Part shown: piece by piece, positions 27,500 through 35,741 of the stretch
How positions within the stretch are numbered: the stretch's first letter is position 1
How the letters are laid out: each line of letters begins with the position of its first letter
Assembly (NCBI GenBank): GCA_038883855.1
Contig: JAVZLH010000003.1
Location: 1 to 64,000 of the forward strand
Direction of reading: 5' to 3'
DNA from: Candidatus Bathyarchaeia archaeon
Lineage (GTDB): Archaea; Thermoproteota; Bathyarchaeia; Bathyarchaeales; Bathycorpusculaceae
DNA length: 64,000 nt
Notes under the pieces: generated by a model
What the model was told of the DNA's origin: nothing
What the model saw: only the letters and a program-made list of their open reading frames with translations
Databases searched by the model: none
Position numbers and translations under genes: made by a program

Positions 27500-28813
27500 G
27501 TGAGAAAAATGTTGGACATAAAACTCATCCGTGAAAATCCAGAACTGGTTAGGAACAATTTAATGAAGAGACAAGACCCTGAAAACCTTAGAATGCTGAA
27601 TGAGCTGATACACTATGACGAGAAATGGCGGCAATTATTAACGAAACTAAACGAGTTACGGCATGAAAGAAAACTTTTGACCGCAAAAATTGCCGATTTA
27701 AGAAAAATGGGAGAAGACGCCACTCAAGAACTTTCAAAAGCTAAGGCCATTGACACGGAAATAACAAAGTTGGAAAGTAAAGCAGATGAGTGCAAGGAGA
27801 AGGTTAACTATTACCTTATGCGACTTCCAAACCTTTTGCATGAAACCGTCCCATTTGGCAAGAATGAAAACGACAACGTTCAAATAAAAGCATGGGGTGA
27901 AAAACCCGACTTCACTTTTCCAGCTAAAGACCATATAACCCTAGCCCTAAACTTGGACATAATGGACGTTGAGAGGGCTGGGAAAGTTGCGGGAGCCAGA
28001 TTTTTCTATTTAAAGAGGGAAGGCGTTTTATTGGATATGGCTTTGATGAACTTCGCTTTAGAAGAGCTTGTTAAAAAGGGATACATTCCCATAGAACCCC
28101 CCTTCTTGATGAGGCGGAAACCCTACGAGGGTGTAACGGCTTTAAGTGATTTTGAAGATGTCTTGTACAAGATAGAAAACGAAGATCTCTACTTGATTGC
28201 AACTTCTGAACATCCAATAGCTGCAATGTTCATGGATGAAGTATTAAAGGCTGAAGATTTACCGCTCAAACTTGTTGGAGTGAGCTCATGCTTTAGGAAG
28301 GAGGCAGGAGCGCATGGCAAGGATACACGCGGGATCTTCAGAACCCACCAGTTCAACAAAGTTGAACAGTTCATTTTCTGCAAACCAGAGGATTCGTGGA
28401 AGATGCATGAGGAACTTTTGCAAAACGCCGAGGAACTTGTTCAAAAACTCGGTCTTCCCTACCGTGTCGTAAATGTTTGCACTGGTGACGTCGGGATTGT
28501 CGCCGCTAAAAAGTACGATGTTGAGGCTTGGATGCCAGCGCAAAACATGTATCGAGAAATAATTTCATGCAGCAACTGCACAGACTATCAAGCAAGAAGA
28601 TTAAACATAAAATATAGGGAGAAGGAAGGCGAGCCACCAAAAGGTTTTGTACACACATTGAATTCAACAGCTTTAGCCACTGGCAGAACCATTGTGGCGA
28701 TACTGGAAAACTATCAGCAAGAAGACGGTTCAGTTGTTATTCCAGAAGTTTTAAGAAAATACATGAAAGGCATCGATAAAATAGAACCGAAAAGTAAAAC
28801 CTTTAATACTTGA
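27500..28813 (+). CDS. serS: Seryl-tRNA synthetase
   Basis: ATSEHP, FRKEAG, HQFNKVEQF, EIISCSNCTDYQARRL, HTLNST. Confidence 0.97.
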   Translation: MRKMLDIKLIRENPELVRNNLMKRQDPENLRMLNELIHYDEKWRQLLTKLNELRHERKLLTAKIADLRKMGEDATQELSKAKAIDTEITKLESKADECKEKVNYYLMRLPNLLHETVPFGKNENDNVQIKAWGEKPDFTFPAKDHITLALNLDIMDVERAGKVAGARFFYLKREGVLLDMALMNFALEELVKKGYIPIEPPFLMRRKPYEGVTALSDFEDVLYKIENEDLYLIATSEHPIAAMFMDEVLKAEDLPLKLVGVSSCFRKEAGAHGKDTRGIFRTHQFNKVEQFIFCKPEDSWKMHEELLQNAEELVQKLGLPYRVVNVCTGDVGIVAAKKYDVEAWMPAQNMYREIISCSNCTDYQARRLNIKYREKEGEPPKGFVHTLNSTALATGRTIVAILENYQQEDGSVVIPEVLRKYMKGIDKIEPKSKTFNT

Positions 28814-28848
28814 CATAACTTTTCAGCTACAATGTTCGGAGGATAAAC

Positions 28849-29466
28849 TTGTCTTCAAAAACAAGACGTGTAAAAGATAAATGGCGAGGCAAGTCATGGT
28901 ACATGGTGCTGGCTCCACCATACTTTGGAAATGTAGAGCTAGGCGCTGTACCAGCCGACGATCAAGAGAAACTCATTGGAAGAGTTATTGAATCAACGCT
29001 TTATGATATTACAAATGATTTTGCTCATCAATATTTGAAAATGTATTTTCAGATAGTAGGAGTTGATGGCAAAGTCGCCCGTACAATTTTTAAAGGACAT
29101 GAATATTCACGCGATTATTTGCGGAGCTTAGTTAGAAGAAGAACGACAAAGGTTGATGGAATTTTCCAAATAACAACTAAGGACGGATATAAACTTCAAG
29201 TGGCAGTATGCGCCTTCACACTTTCAAGGATAAGAACTTCACAGGAAAAGGTCATACGTGCCATAATGGAGAAGATCATCAAAGAAAAGGCTTCAGCGCT
29301 CACGTTAGATCAGTTTGCGCAGGAGATGGTTCTGGGGAAAATCGCCTCGGACATATACAACGAAGCAAAGAAGATAGCGCCTTTACGCCATGTGGGTGTT
29401 AGAAAATCTAAACTGTTAACTCAGCTGGCGCAGTTGCAGTTACAAAAGGCTGAAAATGCACCTTAA
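28849..29466 (+). CDS. rps3ae: 30S ribosomal protein S3Ae
   Basis: KDKW..K.WY...AP, RDYLRSLVRRRT.KVD. Confidence 0.96.
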   Translation: MSSKTRRVKDKWRGKSWYMVLAPPYFGNVELGAVPADDQEKLIGRVIESTLYDITNDFAHQYLKMYFQIVGVDGKVARTIFKGHEYSRDYLRSLVRRRTTKVDGIFQITTKDGYKLQVAVCAFTLSRIRTSQEKVIRAIMEKIIKEKASALTLDQFAQEMVLGKIASDIYNEAKKIAPLRHVGVRKSKLLTQLAQLQLQKAENAP

Positions 29467-29692
29467 CTTTTAGAGGGTTCTCCCTATATTCATACCCTCT
29501 GGCATCTTTGCCCTGGTAGACTTTTTAACGGCTTCTTTGTCTAACATGCCTAGTGACAGCAATAAGTGCGCCTGACTTACAATGTTTGTAACAATTCTTT
29601 TTAATTTATTCGATGATTTTCGTCGCCGGAGCTTCTGTACACCAAAAGTATGCTTTAATAAGTTTCTTACAACAAAAGTTGAGAGGAGATAA

Positions 29693-30748
29693 ATGAAAAT
29701 GGAAAAAATTAAGGTTATGTTATGTGGAGTTGGCGCTGTCGGCAGCTTGATCGCAAAATTTCTATTAGAGAAAGAGTGGGTGGAGATTGTTAGCGCTGTT
29801 GACTTAGCTAAAGACAGAATTGGCAGAGATTTGGGCACAGTTTTAGGCATGAATAAAACGCTTGGAATCAGCGTTTCTGAAAAAATTGAAAAGGCAGTTT
29901 CGGCGAAAAGTGCTGACATAGCTGTCCATGCGACCTCCTCATTTTTAAAAGACACGTATCCGCAAATAATATCGTTGGTAGAGCATAATCTAAACGTGAT
30001 ATCAACTTGCGAAGAACTTTCATATCCATACTTTACCTCGCCAACTATCGCCAAGAAAATTGACGCCCTTGCAAAACATCATGGCGTAACAGTGCTTGGT
30101 ACGGGGATAAACCCTGGTTTTGTCATGGATACCCTTGTGATAATGCTCACTGCTGCTTGCCAAAAAATAGAGGAAATCAAGGTCGTAAGAGTTATGGATG
30201 CTGCCAAAAGACGTTTGCCATTTCAGAAAAAAATAGGCGCTGGCTTAGCAGCGGAGGAATTCCGAGGAAAAATCGAAAAGAAGGAAATTACCGGACATGT
30301 TGGTTTGGTGCAGTCGATTGCGATGATAGCTGACGCTATAGGCTGGACTTTAGACACTATAGTTGTTGAACCAGTCTCGCCAATAATCACAGAAAAGCCT
30401 GTAGAAAGCAGAGAAGTGAAGGTAGAGGCTGGGCGTGTTGCTGGGTTGAGGCAGAGGGCTAAAGGCGTGGTTAAAGATAAAGAAGTTATAGTTCTTGACT
30501 TTAAAGTATACATCGGCGCAAAGAAAGAATACGATGCAATAACCATTAAGGGCGTTCCAAACATTGAACAGAAAATTCAGCCATGCATCCACGGCGACAT
30601 CGGCACAGTCGCCGTAATCACAAACATGATTCCAAAAGTGATAAATGCGCCACCGGGTTTAGTTACAATGAAGGACTTACCAGTTCCATCAGCTACTTTG
30701 GGAGATATGGGAAAATATTTCAACCAGAAGCCTTTGATATTCAATTAA
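29693..30748 (+). CDS. 2,4-diaminopentanoate dehydrogenase / DapB-like oxidoreductase
   Basis: GVGAVG Rossmann motif, NVISTCEELSYP, GTGINPGF, GHVG, GD.GT. Confidence 0.85.
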   Translation: MKMEKIKVMLCGVGAVGSLIAKFLLEKEWVEIVSAVDLAKDRIGRDLGTVLGMNKTLGISVSEKIEKAVSAKSADIAVHATSSFLKDTYPQIISLVEHNLNVISTCEELSYPYFTSPTIAKKIDALAKHHGVTVLGTGINPGFVMDTLVIMLTAACQKIEEIKVVRVMDAAKRRLPFQKKIGAGLAAEEFRGKIEKKEITGHVGLVQSIAMIADAIGWTLDTIVVEPVSPIITEKPVESREVKVEAGRVAGLRQRAKGVVKDKEVIVLDFKVYIGAKKEYDAITIKGVPNIEQKIQPCIHGDIGTVAVITNMIPKVINAPPGLVTMKDLPVPSATLGDMGKYFNQKPLIFN

Positions 30749-30769
30749 TGACCACTAGAGAGTGATTAA

Positions 30770-31219
30770 ATGGCAACATATGCTGGAGTTCATGAAAAAG
30801 GAAAATTCTCCCTAATAAACACGCTTAAGGATATTAAGGCTAGGGGCGATTTTAGAAAGGCCGGGGCGATAACAATATTTATAGGTGTTGTTCGCGGAGA
30901 AACATTGAAAGGTGAAAAGGTTCGGAAGCTGACATTGGAGGCTTATGAGGAAAAAGCAAACGAGGTATTGACAAAGATCTGCGATGATTTAAAGAGGAAA
31001 CCCGGGATTGTGGAAGTCCAGATTCATCATCTTCTCGGCGAATTCGATGTAGGGGAAGATCTCGTTTACGTTTTAGTTGCTGGGGAACACCGCAAAAATG
31101 TTTTCCAAGCGTTAGAGGAGGCTGTGGAAAGGTACAAAAAGGAAGCGCCGATTTTCAAGAAGGAGGAGATTATCACTAGTGAGGGCGAGAAAACAGCTTA
31201 TTGGGTAAGTGAAAAGTAA
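30770..31219 (+). CDS. moaE: Molybdopterin synthase catalytic subunit
   Basis: GAI.IFIGVVR, HR...F...K.EAPIFKKE. Confidence 0.9.
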   Translation: MATYAGVHEKGKFSLINTLKDIKARGDFRKAGAITIFIGVVRGETLKGEKVRKLTLEAYEEKANEVLTKICDDLKRKPGIVEVQIHHLLGEFDVGEDLVYVLVAGEHRKNVFQALEEAVERYKKEAPIFKKEEIITSEGEKTAYWVSEK

Positions 31220-31278
31220 GATATTTAAGAAATGTTATATGTTTAGCATCAAAACTATTGGAAGGGAAAGTGTAAAAC

Positions 31279-31947
31279 TTGGAAAAAAGGAGTTACTTGT
31301 GGTTTGAAAAGCGCCGAAGAACGAAAGCTTTGGACTTGGCCTACGAACAGATAACAAAGGCTTTAGACACAGTGACACTGCTTTACCAAGCAATGAAAAA
31401 CATCTCAGAAGAAAAAAGAAAAGAGGCGTTCCAATCCATTAATAACCTTTTCAAGGTAGAGGAAGAAGTTGACAAACTTAGGAAAGAAGTCTTTAAGGAA
31501 TTGTCTAAGGGTGCAGCCTTGCTTTCCGATTACAGAGAAGACATAATGCACCTAGTTAAACGGCTTGACACTCTCGCAGACCATGTGAAGGATGCGGCAA
31601 GATGTATGGAAATGTTGGCAGATTACAAGATCCCTAAAGAGCTTATCGAAAATACTGTGAACATAACATCTCGACTTGTAGAATGCGCCCAACTTTTGCG
31701 CGGGAGCATCGAGAAAATTTCGGCAGATCCTGCGGAGGCAGTAAAGAGAGCAGAGAAAGTTGAGGAGATAGAACACGAACTTGATGAGAAGTATCTGAAA
31801 ACAAAGGCTCTTTTCGTTAAATATGGTGATCAAATAAATTCCGGTGCGATGGTGATTTTTGACGATTTAATCGAGTTTATAGAGCAAGCTGCAGACATGT
31901 GCGCGGATACAGCTGACTACATTGTGGTGCTTGCGAGTAGAGAATAA
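31279..31947 (+). CDS. DUF47 phosphate transport regulator (PhoU-like)
   Basis: EEEVD.LR, REDI..LV..LD..AD, E.AAD.C.D.AD. Confidence 0.88.
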   Translation: MEKRSYLWFEKRRRTKALDLAYEQITKALDTVTLLYQAMKNISEEKRKEAFQSINNLFKVEEEVDKLRKEVFKELSKGAALLSDYREDIMHLVKRLDTLADHVKDAARCMEMLADYKIPKELIENTVNITSRLVECAQLLRGSIEKISADPAEAVKRAEKVEEIEHELDEKYLKTKALFVKYGDQINSGAMVIFDDLIEFIEQAADMCADTADYIVVLASRE

Positions 31948-31962
31948 CCCCTTCGTGATCTA

Positions 31963-32739
31963 ATGTTAATAGCTCAAATTTCAGATGTGCATTGCGGCCC
32001 AATGTTCCGGAAAGAAATGTTAAGAGCAGCTATAAAAGAGATTAATGAAATGCGCCCCGATGTGGTGCTTGTTACGGGTGACCTGACGGAGAACGGTCTG
32101 ATGTCAGAATTTAAGGTGGCTTCGGGAGAACTGAGGAAGTTGAAGGCTGAAAAGGTAATTTTTGTAAGTGGAAACCATGATTATCGCTCGACGGGCTATT
32201 TGCTTTTCAAGGAGTTTTTCCCGTTTTCTCAAGTAACAGAAACAGAAGAGGCGGTAATAGTTGTTCTTAGCTCCGCTAGACCAGACCGAGACGATGGGGA
32301 GGTTGGCCATAGACAAAATTTATGGCTTGAAAAAACCCTTGAGAAACACGAGGACAAAGCGAAGATTGTGGCTATCCACCACCATATAATCCCTATTCCA
32401 GACACAGGAGCAGACCAAATAACGATCGTGGACGCTGGTGACGTTTTAAGAAGCCTAGTAAAATCCAAGGTGAACCTCGTTCTTTGCGGGCATCGTCACA
32501 GACCTTGGAGGTGGAGGATAGAGGATATGCTTGTTGTGCACGCTGGAAGTGTTTCATGCGAAAAATTGAGGGGATTTTTCTGTAACTCCTACAATGTAAT
32601 AAATGTCAAGAAGGGCGAGATAGAGGCTAAGCTCAAGATGGTGGGCGGAGACTTTGTCGATTTCAGTGAAATAGTCAAGAGGAGAGAGGTTCTCCAAGAG
32701 TCAGATATATCGCAGTATGGAGATTCCCTAGCCCGCTGA
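31963..32739 (+). CDS. Calcineurin-like metallophosphoesterase
   Basis: DVH, GDLT, GNHD, HHH, GHRH. Confidence 0.92.
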   Translation: MLIAQISDVHCGPMFRKEMLRAAIKEINEMRPDVVLVTGDLTENGLMSEFKVASGELRKLKAEKVIFVSGNHDYRSTGYLLFKEFFPFSQVTETEEAVIVVLSSARPDRDDGEVGHRQNLWLEKTLEKHEDKAKIVAIHHHIIPIPDTGADQITIVDAGDVLRSLVKSKVNLVLCGHRHRPWRWRIEDMLVVHAGSVSCEKLRGFFCNSYNVINVKKGEIEAKLKMVGGDFVDFSEIVKRREVLQESDISQYGDSLAR

Positions 32740-32806
32740 CGCGTTCTCAATTACAACTTTAAGAATTGGTGCATAAAATCTGTGCTGTTTTCTTAAACAT
32801 TTACTG

Positions 32807-33730
32807 TTAGATTATTAACTGGATCACGGTTAAAGCCACAATTAGCGCTGGTAAGGTTGTTAAAGCTTTTCTGTTGAATTTTGTGGCTTCCTCCATTTTC
32901 TTTGCATCTACAAGTCTCATGATATAGACTGATGCGGACAAGTTGTAGAGGAAAAGTGCGTAAACACATAACATAATTCTGTCAGCTAGCGTTAAATATC
33001 CTGTTGGCGGAATACCGCTAAGGAGCGATAAGTGAAAAGCTGTTGCAGACATAAGGGTTGTCACGCCAAGACCTATTCTTTGAGAGAAGTTCTGGGGTGA
33101 AATAAAGAAAGTGAGTAAAGATATTGCAGTTATAACCATTATTGGCAGGACGCTTTTAATAAAAGCTGAAAGGAAAGGTCTTCTTAAGGTGACACCGAAA
33201 ACAAATTGGGAGTACACATCCTCCCCGTAGGCGTGTTCAGTTACAAATGTTTCGAAGTTGCCGACTTCCCATCCAGCAACGTTAACCATCGGGTCGATAT
33301 CTGACGTTGGATCCTCTTCAAAGGATAGTTGGGAAATGTCCAGATTTTTATGTTCCAAAACTACAGCAAGTTCATGAGCATCAAATGGGTACTGTGTAAA
33401 GTCGAAGGTCTTTATGAAGTCTCCCCTAATTCGGTATTCCAAATACCCCTCTGTTTCGTTTATTTTATCTTTTGTTGTAGGAATGCCATTAATAAACTCG
33501 AACTCCTTCACTTTCTCTGCGCTTATCTCTGATGAATTAAATTTGAACCACAAGTAAAAGTCAAGCCTATAGCTGTTTGCAGTTAAATCCACTTTCTCCA
33601 CGTTTATAAGCCAAACCCCAACCTTAACAATTGCGGGCTGATTTGAAGAAGCTCCAGCTTTTACACATGAAATAGACAGACTTATAAGGGTGAGAACTAG
33701 AACAATGGAGAACAACCATTTGGTTTTCAT
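32807..33730 (-). CDS. Pentameric ligand-gated ion channel (GLIC/ELIC-like)
   Basis: Signal peptide, YPFD Pro-loop (FDFTQYPFDAHEL), GW in the beta9 region, M1 proline (VLP), M2 RIGLGVTTL, M2-M3 PPTGYLTLAD, four TM helices. Confidence 0.88.
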   Translation of the reverse strand: MKTKWLFSIVLVLTLISLSISCVKAGASSNQPAIVKVGVWLINVEKVDLTANSYRLDFYLWFKFNSSEISAEKVKEFEFINGIPTTKDKINETEGYLEYRIRGDFIKTFDFTQYPFDAHELAVVLEHKNLDISQLSFEEDPTSDIDPMVNVAGWEVGNFETFVTEHAYGEDVYSQFVFGVTLRRPFLSAFIKSVLPIMVITAISLLTFFISPQNFSQRIGLGVTTLMSATAFHLSLLSGIPPTGYLTLADRIMLCVYALFLYNLSASVYIMRLVDAKKMEEATKFNRKALTTLPALIVALTVIQLII

Positions 33731-33850
33731 TCGCCATCACTGAGCGCTAATGGATTTTTGGTCATACTTAAAGATGCGATATATAAATTTTCTGAGGGAA
33801 AATTATACTGAAAGCTGGTAAAAACGTTTACAACGAAGTGTTAATTCTCA

Positions 33851-34159
33851 TTATTTTGTTTCGTTTTCCTCTTCATCCACAGGTTTTGTGGATATCTCTC
33901 TAATAAGCGGTTTTCCACCTTCAATTTCTATGTGAGCGCCTGGATACTGCTGCTGAAGCCTTCGCCGTAACTCATTGACATCCGTGTTGTCGCTGACTTT
34001 AGCATAAACTTTTGTGCCTTCTGGCGTTTGCGTCACACTTATGGAGTAGCTACCACCCATTCCCTGCTCAAATGCTTCGAAAAATTCGTCTGATTCGTCA
34101 AAGAATGATCCTTCAAAGAGCCTGTCGATGATGCTTTTCCTCTTTTTCTTGTATGACAA
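33851..34159 (-). CDS. Hypothetical protein co-transcribed with RuvBL
   Basis: 102-aa ORF with GGAGGG SD, directly after RuvBL. Confidence 0.75.
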   Translation of the reverse strand: MSYKKKRKSIIDRLFEGSFFDESDEFFEAFEQGMGGSYSISVTQTPEGTKVYAKVSDNTDVNELRRRLQQQYPGAHIEIEGGKPLIREISTKPVDEEENETK

Positions 34160-34179
34160 TGCCCTGGTTCCCTCCCTCT

Positions 34180-35559
34180 TTAATGGTACATGAGTTTCTC
34201 TTCATATTTTCGTAGGTGTTCGCTGGCTTTGGTTACATCCATGAACAGTGTATCAACTCTGTCCACGTCTTCGACCGTTACGTTCTTGCGTTTCATTATG
34301 GCGGCGTTCTGCGCTGCCAGGCTTAACAATTGAACTGCATATCTGAGGGAAGATCTAGTGCCTATGGCTGTAAGTTTCTCTAAGGCATCATCTTCCAAAT
34401 CCACTTTTTCTTCTCTTGCTCTGATGCGGAGAATTTCCCTTATGCTTTCTGCATCATATTCTTCCGTGGCTATTATGACTGAACGATCTATGAGGTCAAG
34501 TGGAAAGCCTAAAGGACTTTTCACGTCTGTCCCTCGTATGGTTGTTACACCCCTGTTTGTCGCCAAAATAATTATTGGGACAAGCTCGCTTTCCAACGCG
34601 CGACCAAGAAAGCTAAACGCTTCCAAATCCAGCAAGTGGCTGTCGTCAATGAATAAGACACCTGGATGTATGAAAGCCGTGCCTTCGTCAACCATTTTCT
34701 TAACAGATTCGTCAACGGCGGCTCTAACTTCGGTGTCTATCTCCTTAGTTTCGGAACCACCAAACAGTAGGGAGAAGAATCCTCCACCCATCCTGTTCCT
34801 TGCATTAATCTCGTCCATATCCGCTAGGGTAAGGGTGTAAACAAATTCCTTCTCTTTTAAGACATCACCAGTAGGTCTAGGAACCTTTTCGCGGGTGTCA
34901 ACATCATAAGTTTTACCTTTTGCGCTTTCCAAGCTCAAGCCTAGATTTGCAACTCTTCCCGTTTCCGCATCTATTTGAATGACATATCCTTCGGTGATTC
35001 CCTGCTGGATTATTTGCTGCGCGATTGAGGCTCCAGCCTCTATGGTTTTTTCCTGTTTTGTTGTCTTCAATGTTAGCCGTACGCTTTCTGGAATTTTTTG
35101 ATAGGGATTGTATGGATGAGGCGCAGTTCTAATGTCTATGCCGACAACTTCTCCCTCATACACCTTTCGCATTTCATGTATTTCGACGCCTATGCATTTC
35201 CGCATAGCCTCAATCAAAACCTCCGTTTTCTTACGTTCGCTGCTGTAAATTTCGCTGCCGCTCATTTGAATGAAAGGAACATTTGGTCCTAACTCTCTGG
35301 ATATGGCAACTGCAATGGCTGTTTTGCCGGTCCCTGGAGGACCAGCTATAATGACGGTTTTCCCGCTAAGCTTTCCTTCTTTAATCATTTGAACCACTAA
35401 ACCAGCAGCTTCACGGGCTTTTTCTTGTCCAACCATTCCATCCTTAACTTTAACTGCTCTCAGATTTTTGTCTAAACCTAATCCTTTAATATGAGTGTGC
35501 GCCCCAATGCGCTCGAAGTGGCGACTTGGCGTGGGAGAAACCTCTTTTATCATAGACAT
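34180..35559 (-). CDS. TIP49/RuvB-like AAA+ ATPase
   Basis: RIGAHTHIKGLGL, GPPGTGKT, GSEIYS, PGVLFIDD.H.LD.E, ATNRG, SLRYAVQLL. Confidence 0.95.
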   Translation of the reverse strand: MSMIKEVSPTPSRHFERIGAHTHIKGLGLDKNLRAVKVKDGMVGQEKAREAAGLVVQMIKEGKLSGKTVIIAGPPGTGKTAIAVAISRELGPNVPFIQMSGSEIYSSERKKTEVLIEAMRKCIGVEIHEMRKVYEGEVVGIDIRTAPHPYNPYQKIPESVRLTLKTTKQEKTIEAGASIAQQIIQQGITEGYVIQIDAETGRVANLGLSLESAKGKTYDVDTREKVPRPTGDVLKEKEFVYTLTLADMDEINARNRMGGGFFSLLFGGSETKEIDTEVRAAVDESVKKMVDEGTAFIHPGVLFIDDSHLLDLEAFSFLGRALESELVPIIILATNRGVTTIRGTDVKSPLGFPLDLIDRSVIIATEEYDAESIREILRIRAREEKVDLEDDALEKLTAIGTRSSLRYAVQLLSLAAQNAAIMKRKNVTVEDVDRVDTLFMDVTKASEHLRKYEEKLMYH

Positions 35560-35741
35560 AAAATTACCTCCCAGCTAAATCTGCTTTAAATCATGTTTTC
35601 CGTGTCGTAAGGAATGTGAATTGAGGGGTTAAAGCCAATTTAACCACCTCAACCTTATATTTAAGGCAATTTTAGGAATCTTAAAAATTTATCGTTCATT
35701 AAACCTCTAGTATAAATGTCGATACGTACCTTTTGATATTT

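Noticed and set aside
29470-30054. 194-aa minus-strand ORF
   Set aside because: Mostly antisense to the dehydrogenase gene; the remaining 3' part lacks a convincing start.
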